Shown: positions 35,578 to 46,714 of the stretch, piece by piece
Layout of the letters: each line of letters opens with the position of its first letter
Position numbering within the stretch: the stretch's first letter is position 1
Source: a virus
DNA length: 64,000 bases
Strand: one strand, 5' to 3'
IMG/VR virus record: IMGVR_UViG_3300025141_017118
Coordinates: 1-64,000 of that record
Notes under the pieces: model-generated
Databases searched by the model: none
The model's input: only the letters and a program-made list of their open reading frames with translations
What the model was told of the DNA's origin: nothing
Program-made: the position numbers and the translations under genes

Positions 35578-38500
35578 CTAAGCCCCCTGCCCGGGTCCTG
35601 TAACTACGAAGTCTAGCGCAATAAACTCAACCGACTTTGTAGGTTGAAGGAATATCTTTCCACGGATTGTGTTATTTTCCACGTCCGCTTGTGTTGTAGT
35701 TGACGAATCAATTACCACACGGTACCTATCAACCCCCTGGTGGGATTGTGCATATGAAAGAATCGGATCAACTGCCGATGAGAATTTCGCCAATGTAGTA
35801 GCGCGGTTGGGCTCAAACAGTATTGTGTTCGCGACATTTCGCACCTTACGGCGGATATCTATAAGCAGTCGACGAACATTAATACGATCCAGTGCTGATT
35901 GTGCTTTATAAAGCGTCTTATTCCCCATCACCGCCAATCCATAAGACGGCATCGCTGTAATTGGGTTAATGTCAGCGGCGTAAATCTTGTCCATATTTGC
36001 AGGGAAGAACTTAACCTTCGATTCTTTTGCATTCTGAATCTTTGCACGATTAACACCTGCAGGTGCGAACCATGGCTGTCCTATACTATCATTATATCCT
36101 ATTGCACCCAGCGCGCAAACCGTAGCAGGTGCTGTCATTGTCTCACCATCGCTATCCTGTATAATAACATCCGGATAGTATGCGGCAGCAAATGAACTAT
36201 CTAAATTACGATCATTGAAGCGCCGTACGGTGTTAGTTATACTCTGGTCATTCGCCATTTCGGACCCCGTCACAAACTGGTCACTTGCATCTTTTAATTC
36301 GATATCCATCAAATAAAGTGCGTCGAAACGATCTTCCATTGCGTCCATGGCATAATTTGTGATAGATGGATGTCGAATCCCTGGAATTGCAAGTAGCTGT
36401 ATGTCAACGTTTGCAGACTCTTCCAGAATATCAACAGCTTTTCGGTATGCTACCACCGTCGGGCCCTCTATACCCCCCTGGTTTGTATTATCAAATTCTC
36501 TACGAACGGCCGTGGTGGACATCTTATCTTTCTCTTTATCAAAGATATTGAGGCCATCAAAGCCTCCCTGAAGGAAGAAAGAGAAGTTCAAATATGAATT
36601 AATGTTTAAGGTTGTAAAGTCGTCTGGTGTTAAGAAACGACCTGCCTGTGTACGAGGTAGTTGGCCGGTTGCACCATCTTTATCTTTAGGATCTTTCGTA
36701 TTACTATATACCATTTCACGTAAACGACTATCTCTACGGTAGAGCCAAGCAACTGCCTGGTTTATATCAGGACCGGCATCGCGTGCAGGATCACCAACAC
36801 TAGCTGTAATTACCTGAATATTTTCCAGCGTAAAACTATTGTTGTTGAACTTATCACAGTCTAAAACCGTCCCTCCCCGTGAAGGTGTACCCGCGTTGTT
36901 CCCTACAGAAGCATTTTGAAAGGTTGTCTGGTAGTCAGGGTAATATTTAACCCAACTTTTAAAGCTTTTATTAAACTTGGCGGACTTGCTATCTGTTGGT
37001 TGCTTTACAGACGTCTTTTGCTCAAATTGTATGCCCCAGTATGGCCAGGATGTGGCCGTCGCAGCTGGAACTTTGGATGCCGCGCGGGCTGCAGGGGAGC
37101 TTCCGCGGATTGGGATCATTGACCCCAAACACTCACGCATAGGCATTGGAAGCTCTACTAGATCTCTAAATGCATCATCAACGCTTCCAGCTGATTGCCA
37201 AGCGGCAATTGTAGGTTGTCCGATGGTATCACTGGCTACCGTAAGTTTACTAGCGACAGCGGTGACGCTCTGAACAATATCAGACCCGGAAGTTACAAGG
37301 TGCGCATGGCCTCTAAAGCCGCATGGTACCGTCTTAACATCAACTGTGGGTGCACCTTCTTCCAACATGGGATTAAGCTCAAGTCGAATGTATTTTGACT
37401 TGTTAGGATATTTACCTTCGACCACTAAAACTTGATCGGTTGTCTCCTTGTCCCAGTCGTAAAAGCGGTTCATATCACCGACCATCCTACCAACAAAGTT
37501 GGCATCATCCGGATCAAGCGTACAAGCTTTGAATGTTTCGACCGCTGGGCCTGTAACTGCATTACTTCCATAATCTAGATCATCTATGTGTCTTACTTCT
37601 AGATCAAATGTTGAATACACGTTGGGATCTGTGTGTGCAGTAATATTGGAGACACTCATCTTGATACGATTAGGTAATAAGTCTGTCTGTGGATCCTCCC
37701 AAGTGCCAGCACCATCTGCTATCGCATGAACCCTAAAGAGGTTTAGTGGGTTAGCACCAAAGTTTTGTGAGATTACCCATGGGGATATTGCATGCTTATA
37801 ACGATCTTCGAATCCCTCAAAGTTTGGAATTCCCGCCGAACCCACAACCATACCATCACCCTCACCATTAGTTGGTGCCAGTATTGTCGCTGTGCTTAGC
37901 GCCGATCCGCTGTTGTATGATAGTGAGGAGGTCAGCAGGAACGCAATCTTGTCACCGAACCCAATATAATTTGTGGGCTCAGGATAGGTATACCCACCTG
38001 GGGATGCATTAACACAATCCACCCTAGAGAATGCACCTGATACTACGGCAAGTTGAGGGTGGACATCCCAGTGAGAATAAAGAACATATCCATGCTCCTC
38101 TAGAGCAGAAATATCCTGGTTCATCTTGGCTGCAAAGTAAGATTCACCCTGCATGTCAAAAGATGCTGTCACATAGCGTGTATTACCGGTGTGCCCATTA
38201 ATGAACATAACAAACCCGTCATCAGGTAAGTTAACATTCTTCGTGTCAGGTGCCGCCAGGGCGTTGGTGTTGCCCGCTTTCCTAACAAGACCAACAGGAC
38301 CACCAACATTATTGTTGCTAGCAACTGTAGGTGTGGAAATAATATTTACCTGGCCCGGGCCCTTTGCACCTGATAGTGTAAGAGTAACACCACTCGCTGC
38401 CATAAGAATACCACGCAAGATCGGCTTACTTCCGGTCACATGAGCGGCGCCTGTGCCCCAGCCGGTGTTGCCGATGCTGGGTATAATTCCGGAGTCCGAA

Positions 38501-39021
38501 AATATGGATGATTCTCTCATCTCGGCCCCGGTGAGGCCATTGGAGCCTGAGCTCATAAAACAACCAAAGAGGTATGTTCTACCGGTAGAAGCATCCGCTA
38601 CGCCTGTAGCAGAAGCCAGAGCATGAGGGTTGTTCCCTAACTGGCCGTCGGCCTGGACCAATTGTCCTCCGACAACAAAACCGGCATTGTTAACCCTTCC
38701 TGTATTATTACCTGTTGTCACACGGCGTTTGCCATCACCGGCGCCAAGAACACGTAGATATGTACCGGCAGAGCGATTTGCTAGCCATTGTCTCATGGCC
38801 ATGGGGCCAAATGTTCGATCTGACTTCCCTGTTGCAATATCTCCAAACCGTTCTACGAACTGTGTAAAATTAGCTACCGTGACAGGCACGAATGCAGGCC
38901 CGGTTCGGGAGGGACCGACAACGGCTGCAGGAACTCCTGTGGGCGACTCTACGGGAGAGCCACCTGTGAGGTCAATTTCGGAGGCTTTTACACCCGGTGA
39001 TCCAAACGTTACGTTAGACAT
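35578..39021 (-). CDS. Tail sheath protein (copy 2)
   Basis: SPGV..SEID, GPAFVP, PWFAPAG.NR, INPI, SALDRINVRRLL, FEPN, PTKSVEFI. Confidence 0.92.
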   Translation of the reverse strand: MSNVTFGSPGVKASEIDLTGGSPVESPTGVPAAVVGPSRTGPAFVPVTVANFTQFVERFGDIATGKSDRTFGPMAMRQWLANRSAGTYLRVLGAGDGKRRVTTGNNTGRVNNAGFVVGGQLVQADGQLGNNPHALASATGVADASTGRTYLFGCFMSSGSNGLTGAEMRESSIFSDSGIIPSIGNTGWGTGAAHVTGSKPILRGILMAASGVTLTLSGAKGPGQVNIISTPTVASNNNVGGPVGLVRKAGNTNALAAPDTKNVNLPDDGFVMFINGHTGNTRYVTASFDMQGESYFAAKMNQDISALEEHGYVLYSHWDVHPQLAVVSGAFSRVDCVNASPGGYTYPEPTNYIGFGDKIAFLLTSSLSYNSGSALSTATILAPTNGEGDGMVVGSAGIPNFEGFEDRYKHAISPWVISQNFGANPLNLFRVHAIADGAGTWEDPQTDLLPNRIKMSVSNITAHTDPNVYSTFDLEVRHIDDLDYGSNAVTGPAVETFKACTLDPDDANFVGRMVGDMNRFYDWDKETTDQVLVVEGKYPNKSKYIRLELNPMLEEGAPTVDVKTVPCGFRGHAHLVTSGSDIVQSVTAVASKLTVASDTIGQPTIAAWQSAGSVDDAFRDLVELPMPMRECLGSMIPIRGSSPAARAASKVPAATATSWPYWGIQFEQKTSVKQPTDSKSAKFNKSFKSWVKYYPDYQTTFQNASVGNNAGTPSRGGTVLDCDKFNNNSFTLENIQVITASVGDPARDAGPDINQAVAWLYRRDSRLREMVYSNTKDPKDKDGATGQLPRTQAGRFLTPDDFTTLNINSYLNFSFFLQGGFDGLNIFDKEKDKMSTTAVRREFDNTNQGGIEGPTVVAYRKAVDILEESANVDIQLLAIPGIRHPSITNYAMDAMEDRFDALYLMDIELKDASDQFVTGSEMANDQSITNTVRRFNDRNLDSSFAAAYYPDVIIQDSDGETMTAPATVCALGAIGYNDSIGQPWFAPAGVNRAKIQNAKESKVKFFPANMDKIYAADINPITAMPSYGLAVMGNKTLYKAQSALDRINVRRLLIDIRRKVRNVANTILFEPNRATTLAKFSSAVDPILSYAQSHQGVDRYRVVIDSSTTTQADVENNTIRGKIFLQPTKSVEFIALDFVVTGPGQGA

Positions 39022-39060
39022 TCTCTAAACTCCTATTTCTATCTTTTACATATGTATTCA

Positions 39061-42000
39061 TTACTGGAAGGTAACCCCTGCTTGATCAATAATGAAGTCC
39101 ATGGCAATAAACTCTACGCTTCGCGTCGGTACCACAATAATTCTACCATTGAGGCGGTGATTTAAACGATCCGACTCTGTGTTGTTAGTGTCATCCATTA
39201 CCACGCGGAACCTCTCAATGCCTTGTGCGGCCTGAATGGATGCAAGTATTGGTGTGACATTTGATACAAATCTTGAACGTACAGCAGGCGTATTTTGTTC
39301 AAATAACAACCTTCTGGCCACATTAATTATCTGTCTCTTAAGCTCAAGTAACATTCTACGAACGTTAACCCTGTCTAGGGCCGACGGCGTGGCTTGTAGG
39401 TTTTTCTGTCCGAAGATAACAAACCCTGGATTATTATTTGATCCCGCCGTTGGTAAGGTTGCAATGGGGTTGATACGACCTTCGTAAAGTGTATCGCGAT
39501 CCGATGCAGCCAATCTTAGCGTGGTGTTAGATACACTTGCTAGTGACCCTCTAGAAAAGCCTGCAGGAGCAAACCATGGGCTTTGCATTCTGTCATTTAA
39601 TCCTAACGCGCCCAATACAGCAGTTGATGCCGGCTGGCGAACTATCCTTCCGGTCTGGGGGTCAGCTGCAAAGACATCCGGGAAATATGTAGCAACATAA
39701 TTGTTGTCTATATTTTTCATTTCCAGCTCTAGGGTAGTTTGTTTTACCTGAGGTCTTTCGACTGAGTCTGCATATAGCCTACGACCATTTTCATCATACC
39801 CGGGAATATCCATTATATAGATGGCTAGCCCATACTCTCTGACCAGGTCACTTACAGTATCAGTAACAAGATCACTTCGTATACCCGGTACCGCCAGGAT
39901 ATTAATCATCGACTGGTACTTATTTGTCATTATACGAGATGCAAAGTTATATGCCGTTATATTCTGGTTTTTATTTCCGGTACCCGCAGGATTTGTTGTT
40001 CCATTTGTCTGCGTTCCCAGTCCAGTATCGCTATAGTCAGTAGCAGCTTTACCTCCGGAAAGGTCCGCGGAGGAAGCACGATCATTCATGAAAAATTGAT
40101 CTTTATCCAGAATATTCAGGCCGTCGAAACCACCATAGAAAATATTCGTGAACTTTGCATATGAACTAAATCTATTCCACACCGCAGAAGATGTTGCAAA
40201 CAGCGTAGCGAACGTTATTCTACTAAGGCCGGTTGCATTAGGATCAAGGATAGTCCCGTCCGTTGTACTTACCACCCCATTTCGAATGTACGCGGCTTCT
40301 TTCATCTCAGTTTTGAGTGCGCCTGTTAAGAATGATATATGCCCAGCAGTATCCAGTTGGGTCCTTAGAGCGACGCGTGACAATGAAAACTTGTTATTAT
40401 TGAAGACGTCTGCGCCCGTACCCGTAACCAAGGTATCCATTTTTTTGATACCCACAAACTTCGTATAGGCATCCACAATTCGATTAAGCGTTGCCCCCGC
40501 GTTGGGTTGTAAGACTGTATTATTCAGCCCGGTTTCAACCTGCGAAGAAGATGCAACTAGTAAAGTATTTTGAACCCCCCAATAAAGGTTTTTATTGGCA
40601 CGCTCATCAGCACCAGCCTGGCCAACCCATGTAGGATTGTCTTGAAGCGCGCCCTTTGTGCACTTAAACCTAAATGGTAGTGGAGGTACAATTCCAAATC
40701 GTAACCTGCGTGCGATTGACCTAGTTGTTGAAGCCCCATCATCTGGATCGGCGCTAGCGCCCATGGCGCCACTAGACCAGAGTCGTGGTAGTTTGTTCGC
40801 GGTCTCGGCTCCGTCTAGATTTGTTTGGCCAAGGGCAACACCATTATAACTCAACACAGAACCTGAAAGGTCTGTCAACGAGTTTGTGGTTTTTAAAGTT
40901 GGTACTCCCCGGAAACCAAATACACCAGCAGACTCTGGAACGTCACCATTCTTAAGTTGCTTACTTAACTGAACCCTTACATACGCGGACTTGACTGGCC
41001 ACTGTCCTGTGACAATAATGTTTTTCTCATCCTCATACTCGGAGTCAAAATTAACCTTGTACTTGATGTCACCTATTCTTTTTCCGACATAATTTGAACT
41101 TCGCGGGTCTAAATTACACTCCGTAAAGGATTCTAAGATCACTCTTTTCTTATCCGTATCCGTAAATTTACGAATCTCCACATCAAATGAAGGATAAGGA
41201 TATGAAGGATCAGCAGATTTCCTTAGATTACTAATTGATGCCTTAAACTTATCATTTGCATGAGCTCCGTCATCTAAAGCCTCGAGGTAAAATAGGTCCC
41301 ACTCTGTTCCAGCGTAAGGTTGCGAAATAAACATTGTTGTGCGTGGTGACGTATACCTAGCATCAAACCTTCCATATGCCTGCAGAAACTCTGAAGGAGA
41401 TATTTCACCACTAGTATTACTATGGGCCTTACTCCCCGAACAAAGTGCAACCGAACCGGTAATAGGGCTTAGCCTACAAATATTATGATCTACTGGCCAG
41501 TGTGCATAAAGAAGGTGAGATTCCTCCTGAAACTTGAGAGGATCAGTATTAAGAACATTTGAAAGGTAGTTGATGTTTGAAGGATCAAGGGACGCAGTTA
41601 GAACTCTTAAGCCGGTAAGGCCTGAAGGCGCTGTTCCAAAATTCTGTGTAGAACTAGAAATAACTAGTTTGAAACCCTTTCTTGTCCCTTCTCTATTGAT
41701 AAAGCTTGAACCGGCCGTGGTGAAATCACCAAAGGGTGTTGCCTGATCGCCATAGGCCGCGTCGGTCCAGTTTCTTCCGCTGGTGGGGCCACCAACATTT
41801 GGCTGGGGATATCTAGACGTTCCGGCAAAGGCGCCGTTATCACCATCTAGAAGCTGTAGCCTGGTTCCCGTAGCTACCAAAATCATAGCTCTCGTTAGAA
41901 CCAGACCGCTAGCGGATTTTTGAGAGTGAGCAGCTTCCTGCAAGTTTGCTAAAACGCTAACTGGAAAACTATCATTCTGAGTAAACATTGGAAACCCAAT

Positions 42001-42474
42001 GCCCTCTTGTGAACCTGATATCTCATGAAGCGCGTTGATAAATGTAACGGCACCTACTGCGCCTCCTGGGACGGAGGAGTTAAATGCCGGAGCACCTGGA
42101 ACGGAGCTGGCCTTGCCAGAAATCTCAGAACCGGATAACCTGAACCCAGCGTTCCTAACGGTTCCCTGTCGAGCTGTAGTAAGAAAATCTGCAGCCGAAT
42201 TATTGGAACCAGCGCCTAAAACTCTCATGTAGGTGCACGCTTGTTGCGTCTTCAAGTACTCTGCCAGGGCATAAGGCCCCGCCATGTGTTGGTTTAAATC
42301 ACCGAAAGTCTTAATAAAATCATCAAGACTGGCCACGGTGACTGGAATAAATGCGGGGCCCCGCTGGGCAACACCAATCACACCTGCGGGTGTGCCTTGC
42401 GGTGATGTTGTCGGAAGCCCTATATCAACTTCGCGGGGATAAAAACCCGGGGATTTAAATGTTTGCTCAGCCAT
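39061..42474 (-). CDS. Tail sheath protein (copy 1)
   Basis: SPGFYPREVD, GPAFIP, PWFAPAGFSRG, INPI, SALDRVNVRRML, FEQN, PTRSVEFI. Confidence 0.92.
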   Translation of the reverse strand: MAEQTFKSPGFYPREVDIGLPTTSPQGTPAGVIGVAQRGPAFIPVTVASLDDFIKTFGDLNQHMAGPYALAEYLKTQQACTYMRVLGAGSNNSAADFLTTARQGTVRNAGFRLSGSEISGKASSVPGAPAFNSSVPGGAVGAVTFINALHEISGSQEGIGFPMFTQNDSFPVSVLANLQEAAHSQKSASGLVLTRAMILVATGTRLQLLDGDNGAFAGTSRYPQPNVGGPTSGRNWTDAAYGDQATPFGDFTTAGSSFINREGTRKGFKLVISSSTQNFGTAPSGLTGLRVLTASLDPSNINYLSNVLNTDPLKFQEESHLLYAHWPVDHNICRLSPITGSVALCSGSKAHSNTSGEISPSEFLQAYGRFDARYTSPRTTMFISQPYAGTEWDLFYLEALDDGAHANDKFKASISNLRKSADPSYPYPSFDVEIRKFTDTDKKRVILESFTECNLDPRSSNYVGKRIGDIKYKVNFDSEYEDEKNIIVTGQWPVKSAYVRVQLSKQLKNGDVPESAGVFGFRGVPTLKTTNSLTDLSGSVLSYNGVALGQTNLDGAETANKLPRLWSSGAMGASADPDDGASTTRSIARRLRFGIVPPLPFRFKCTKGALQDNPTWVGQAGADERANKNLYWGVQNTLLVASSSQVETGLNNTVLQPNAGATLNRIVDAYTKFVGIKKMDTLVTGTGADVFNNNKFSLSRVALRTQLDTAGHISFLTGALKTEMKEAAYIRNGVVSTTDGTILDPNATGLSRITFATLFATSSAVWNRFSSYAKFTNIFYGGFDGLNILDKDQFFMNDRASSADLSGGKAATDYSDTGLGTQTNGTTNPAGTGNKNQNITAYNFASRIMTNKYQSMINILAVPGIRSDLVTDTVSDLVREYGLAIYIMDIPGYDENGRRLYADSVERPQVKQTTLELEMKNIDNNYVATYFPDVFAADPQTGRIVRQPASTAVLGALGLNDRMQSPWFAPAGFSRGSLASVSNTTLRLAASDRDTLYEGRINPIATLPTAGSNNNPGFVIFGQKNLQATPSALDRVNVRRMLLELKRQIINVARRLLFEQNTPAVRSRFVSNVTPILASIQAAQGIERFRVVMDDTNNTESDRLNHRLNGRIIVVPTRSVEFIAMDFIIDQAGVTFQ

Positions 42475-42562
42475 TCACTAGTCTCCTTGGACTTAACTCT
42501 TTACTGAAATAAGTATAACGTCCATAACTTAAAATACCGACCCTTATCGCCGAATATTGTGT

Positions 42563-43915
42563 TTACATATCTAAATTTTCTAAAAACTCAAAATCAGTGT
42601 TAATTTTCCCAGTATTGGGATCCTTAAAAATTGTTTCTCCCTTGCGTGTAGATGCTCGTGCCTTCAACGGATCCTTGTACTTTTTACCGGTAAACGGATC
42701 AGTCAAAATTTTAGGAGAGGATACTAAACTTTTGCCGGCAACTGCACCTCCCACATTCACTGTCTTATGATTATTCACGGCGACGCCCTTTTTCAAGTTT
42801 GCATCGAAAGATGATGCTATGGCGTGACCACCACCTATTGCATCTGCAGGATAGTCACTATCCCACTCGTCTAAATCATCTAAAATATATTTTGATGGAT
42901 CACCACTTGGTGGGCCATTTACTACCGTCTGCTGCAAGTCATTTTTATTTTCTATAATTTCAAATACAACGTCTGGAGAAGTAGTAAACGACCTGAATGG
43001 TACCGGGGCACCGGTAAAATCAGGATTGATAATATACCCTGGAACTTCTGCATTGAAACTATACCTAACAAGCCTCTCGTTGTCGGCAAAGTCATCAAAA
43101 TTTGTAGCAGATGTTATATCGGCATTCACATAGGCGACAAACCAATATCCTTTATCACTCTCTATGCGAAATGTACGCTGATTATTATCCTGGTATGAAC
43201 TCATTAATGCCATCATCATTTCATTCATCTGTTGTGTATACTGGGCCCAGAAAGTCACTTCATAAGTAACAGTAAAAAACTTCGTAGGCGGAATAGTGAT
43301 AATTTCATAAATATTTCGCCCAATATTATTGCGTAGAAGCTGGCCCTGGCGGGCCCTTAAACCAACTACCGGTTGGCGGCGGCGGGTGCCCACGGTCCCA
43401 GGCTTTGTGCTATAGGACTGTATCGAACCTGATGCCGCTGTATACATTCCGGGATCACGAAGAACATGTGTGGGACTTGCAACATTATCCTGATTTTTTA
43501 GACCATCCTTGTTTAATATGCGTTGATAGTTCACATCATCTTTGCTCAAACGCTTCTTAATTACCATAGGTGCATTCTGTCCTGGCATTGAGCCCTTCGT
43601 AGAATCTTGGGTAACTGTCGTTCTCATCATTGATATTAAGGGAAGAATAAGCGCGCCACTATTGTCACGGAGCGGGCGCTTTCTACGGAGTATAGCAAAT
43701 CTCTCACCAGTAGCAAAAATAACCGGGATCCTCCGGGTATCTTTTTGAAGCTTATAAAAGAATGGAATCTCCTCATTAAAAAGATTAAAAAATGCCCTAT
43801 CGATATCTTCAATGGTACATGAGGGTAAACTAAAGTCATCAGGAACATTAGTTCCCTCTAGGCCGGTGGGAACAGATACGTCGTCTGATATTGTTTTTGT
43901 ATACCTGGTTGACAT
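42563..43915 (-). CDS. Tail completion / sheath stabilizer-like protein (gp15-like)
   Basis: IEDID.AF, IPVIF..GERF, LPLIS..R, VTYEVTFW..Y..QMN; position between neck and sheath genes. Confidence 0.65.
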   Translation of the reverse strand: MSTRYTKTISDDVSVPTGLEGTNVPDDFSLPSCTIEDIDRAFFNLFNEEIPFFYKLQKDTRRIPVIFATGERFAILRRKRPLRDNSGALILPLISMMRTTVTQDSTKGSMPGQNAPMVIKKRLSKDDVNYQRILNKDGLKNQDNVASPTHVLRDPGMYTAASGSIQSYSTKPGTVGTRRRQPVVGLRARQGQLLRNNIGRNIYEIITIPPTKFFTVTYEVTFWAQYTQQMNEMMMALMSSYQDNNQRTFRIESDKGYWFVAYVNADITSATNFDDFADNERLVRYSFNAEVPGYIINPDFTGAPVPFRSFTTSPDVVFEIIENKNDLQQTVVNGPPSGDPSKYILDDLDEWDSDYPADAIGGGHAIASSFDANLKKGVAVNNHKTVNVGGAVAGKSLVSSPKILTDPFTGKKYKDPLKARASTRKGETIFKDPNTGKINTDFEFLENLDM

Positions 43916-43925
43916 TTCTTATCTC

Positions 43926-44609
43926 CTAGGAGTCCGAGTAGAATGCAGAATCGATCGTGCCTATCTCATTCTCGCTTCCGGTTCCGCCTTTCTCTGAAAC
44001 TTCTGCAGGACCGCTTATTGGTTTAGTTAATACGTCTTTCTTTTGTAATGATCGAACATCACCTGTTGGGCCTTCTGCATTTTCGGCAAATCCACGTTGC
44101 TGGATAAACGTCTCTTGCACTGCGTCCTTCTCAGAATACTCTTCGCCTAATGGCCCTATAGGATTCTTATCAATCTGTCCAATCCTGGCCTGTTTGCCTA
44201 TTATTTTTATTCCAGTTGTATGCTCAATTTGCCCATATATCTGGCTCTGTTCTAGGACAGACGTAATCTCAAAAAAAGTTGTTCCATAACTAAAATAATC
44301 ACCCGCCTCTATTAATAATTCTTTATCTATCATGTCACGATACTGAATGTAAGCAGTTATAGAGTAATAATACTCCATACCAAACTCATTAGTTCGTACA
44401 TCGGACTCTTCCCATTCAACGCTTGAATCAATTTCTGTTGGTGGATCAAAAACCTTGTCTATAGATTCTTCATAGATATCATGAATAGCAGACAGGTCTT
44501 CTCTGGCCTTATAGAAATAGATCTTTTGACCGATTACATCCTTTATCAGTTCTTTATTTGTGTCCGCGATAAAGTCAATTTCGCGTGGTGTTATAAACAG
44601 TCTTGCCAC
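43926..44609 (-). CDS. Neck / head-closure protein (gp14-like)
   Basis: ELIKDVIGQKIYFY, IYEE, GDYF.YG..FFEI; follows the gp13-like gene. Confidence 0.65.
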   Translation of the reverse strand: MARLFITPREIDFIADTNKELIKDVIGQKIYFYKAREDLSAIHDIYEESIDKVFDPPTEIDSSVEWEESDVRTNEFGMEYYYSITAYIQYRDMIDKELLIEAGDYFSYGTTFFEITSVLEQSQIYGQIEHTTGIKIIGKQARIGQIDKNPIGPLGEEYSEKDAVQETFIQQRGFAENAEGPTGDVRSLQKKDVLTKPISGPAEVSEKGGTGSENEIGTIDSAFYSDS

Positions 44610-44619
44610 TACCTACCCC

Positions 44620-45816
44620 TTATCCCATAATAATTGCTTTACCATTTGGAACTGGAATATTTCTTAATATTCTCGTCATAGCCTCAGACTGATCCGCCTG
44701 CTTTGAAATGAGGTTTCCATACGTCATTCCTTCTAAAGTTTCTCTCAGGCTTGTCTTTAACGCTTCTTTTTCTTCCCGACCACCGGATACTAAATCATCA
44801 CCATTTAGGGTTAGATCAGCATTGGGTATGGGGATTGTAGAAAACTTTGATCTTACAAGACCTAAAAGCTCCTTACAACATGCTAGTGTATATTGACGGA
44901 TCCACTGTCGTCCTATGCTGTTTATCTTGTCAAATGCAAGATTGCCATATGGAATATTTGATAAATTACTTACCCCATATATGCTTGAATCTTTAAACGC
45001 CGGCCGAAAGGGATCGTTAGTAAATCCAACCCTTATCCATAGCTTTCTAGGATCATCATGTGTTGGTTTAGGGTATAACCTTATTTGGGTACCAAAAGTG
45101 CGAAATGAATAGTTCGAACGCCTCACACGATTAGATAGATCCAACTGGCCCGCCCTTAAGACATCTTCAAATACCGGCAGAACATAAAATACTGTCTCTG
45201 GTGTAAATGACTCAAAGCTAAATTCGTTGTTCAGGTAATTAATTGCCGATGTTGTATCAAAAAACCTATATGCGGCCTGGGGACTAAAATGGAAGACCTC
45301 CATTATCTTAAGTCGGCTTCTCCTGTTGGAGGGTTGTGAATTGAATATATTGTTTCCATCACCATCCACCAAGTCTTCATAGATATCATAGTCTTGGATA
45401 TTTTTCTTTAGTGAAATAGAGCCAGAGATAGTATCATAAGATCCTCCTATGGAAGCCTCACTAGCATATGGCTCTGCCTGCCTGTTAAGGAACTCCATTG
45501 TTTCCCTAGGGAGCATACTTTCATATCCGTGTGGACCAATATTAAAGGAACCTGATACGGAACTACCCGTAGGAAACCCCATCAGATTCATCAAATTGGA
45601 TTCCGCCTGGTACCTATTGATAACTGCCCCATATTCCATTAGGGACTCTTCAAAGCATGCCCAGATCTGTTTTTTCGTTAATTCAACCGATAAAATATCA
45701 TCGCCCAGCTTTCTCTTTACATAGACGACCATAGAATCGGCCTCTGTCTGGAAAGCTGCGTCTGCGTTAAAAAAACCAAAAGGCGTCGGGTTTAGTGTGT
45801 TCGCAAAAGTCGGCAC
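44620..45816 (-). CDS. Neck / head-tail adaptor protein (gp13-like)
   Basis: RKLG..ILSVELT..Q, WIRQYTLA..KELLG.VRSKF..IP, LNGDDL..G.EE; GTG start with GGAG RBS. Confidence 0.8.
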   Translation of the reverse strand: MPTFANTLNPTPFGFFNADAAFQTEADSMVVYVKRKLGDDILSVELTKKQIWACFEESLMEYGAVINRYQAESNLMNLMGFPTGSSVSGSFNIGPHGYESMLPRETMEFLNRQAEPYASEASIGGSYDTISGSISLKKNIQDYDIYEDLVDGDGNNIFNSQPSNRRSRLKIMEVFHFSPQAAYRFFDTTSAINYLNNEFSFESFTPETVFYVLPVFEDVLRAGQLDLSNRVRRSNYSFRTFGTQIRLYPKPTHDDPRKLWIRVGFTNDPFRPAFKDSSIYGVSNLSNIPYGNLAFDKINSIGRQWIRQYTLACCKELLGLVRSKFSTIPIPNADLTLNGDDLVSGGREEKEALKTSLRETLEGMTYGNLISKQADQSEAMTRILRNIPVPNGKAIIMG

Positions 45817-45909
45817 GAATATTCTCCCTAACTAGAATTCAAACAAAGCTCAGTGTTATAAATAGGCAAGTGATCTGTTGATTACTTGAACGAAATATAT
45901 TTGTTGTAT

Positions 45910-45943
45910 AAAAAACAGAAGGGGCCCCATGAGGGGCCCCTTC
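45910..45943 (-). terminator. Rho-independent terminator
   Basis: GAAGGGGCCCC-tcat-GGGGCCCCTTC followed by TGTTTTTT. Confidence 0.85.
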
Positions 45944-45971
45944 CTTAAACTTTAAAAAATATTATTAAATT

Positions 45972-46484
45972 CTATTGCGGGCCCGGACCACCAGTTGCAA
46001 TTCGATGTGATCCAGTCAGGCTATAGCAAAAATACCTACGACCATCGCTTACAACCTTAAGGCAGTCGCCTTCACTGTTTCCTAACTGAATACGCTGGCC
46101 AGCAAGGACACCCCCCGGGGCGGATTGTGAGCCGGATGCCCAATAAAATAAGTCAAGGATCGCATCGCTGGTTGATCCAGAAATGACATTGCACCCTGAC
46201 TTTCCTTTTTGGGCAACACCACCCCCCGACTTGCGGGAACCACCTGCTCTAAAATAAAACTCCTGACCGGTAGCTGATGCTACCGCTGGTAGTCTTGCCA
46301 TGGCACCCGTGCCTGTGTTCTGACCACCATCACCTGTGCCTGATAGTATCGTAAACGCAGTGCATGATCCTGTCGTCCCACCATTGATTTGTGACGTCCT
46401 TAACTTTGGACTGTGTTCTAACTCAAAACCACGTCCTCGGGACTGAACGAGGCCTTTGTCATTCGTAATAGTAACCTTAGGCAT
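45972..46484 (-). CDS. Gly/Ser/Thr-rich probable virion (head decoration/fibre) protein
   Basis: AGGAG RBS; LP....GQEFYF beta pattern; own terminator; located between capsid and neck genes. Confidence 0.5.
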   Translation of the reverse strand: MPKVTITNDKGLVQSRGRGFELEHSPKLRTSQINGGTTGSCTAFTILSGTGDGGQNTGTGAMARLPAVASATGQEFYFRAGGSRKSGGGVAQKGKSGCNVISGSTSDAILDLFYWASGSQSAPGGVLAGQRIQLGNSEGDCLKVVSDGRRYFCYSLTGSHRIATGGPGPQ

Positions 46485-46714
46485 GATCTCTCCTTGAAAA
46501 TATTTTATGCGATTTTAAGCTATCGACAAAATGGGTTGTTTTTGATTTGCGCCTGATCATATATATCAGAATATGTATGAAAAAACTATGGCTTAAACAT
46601 TTTTTTTAAATTCTATTAATTAAAGTCTATGGTACCAATGCTGAAGGCGAATGGGACGTCGATGTGGTGATATTATCATTATCTATTATCGACTCTAGGT
46701 GTGACCTGTGTTGC

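Noticed and set aside
45857-45864. Exact T4 late promoter TATAAATA
   Set aside because: It lies on the plus strand, pointing away from the neck gene; better read as the minus-strand CTATTTAT variant.
46485-46714. 230-bp intergenic gap as a possible ncRNA or small ORF
   Set aside because: AT-rich with only a ~19-codon ORF and no convincing stable structure; most likely promoter/leader DNA.
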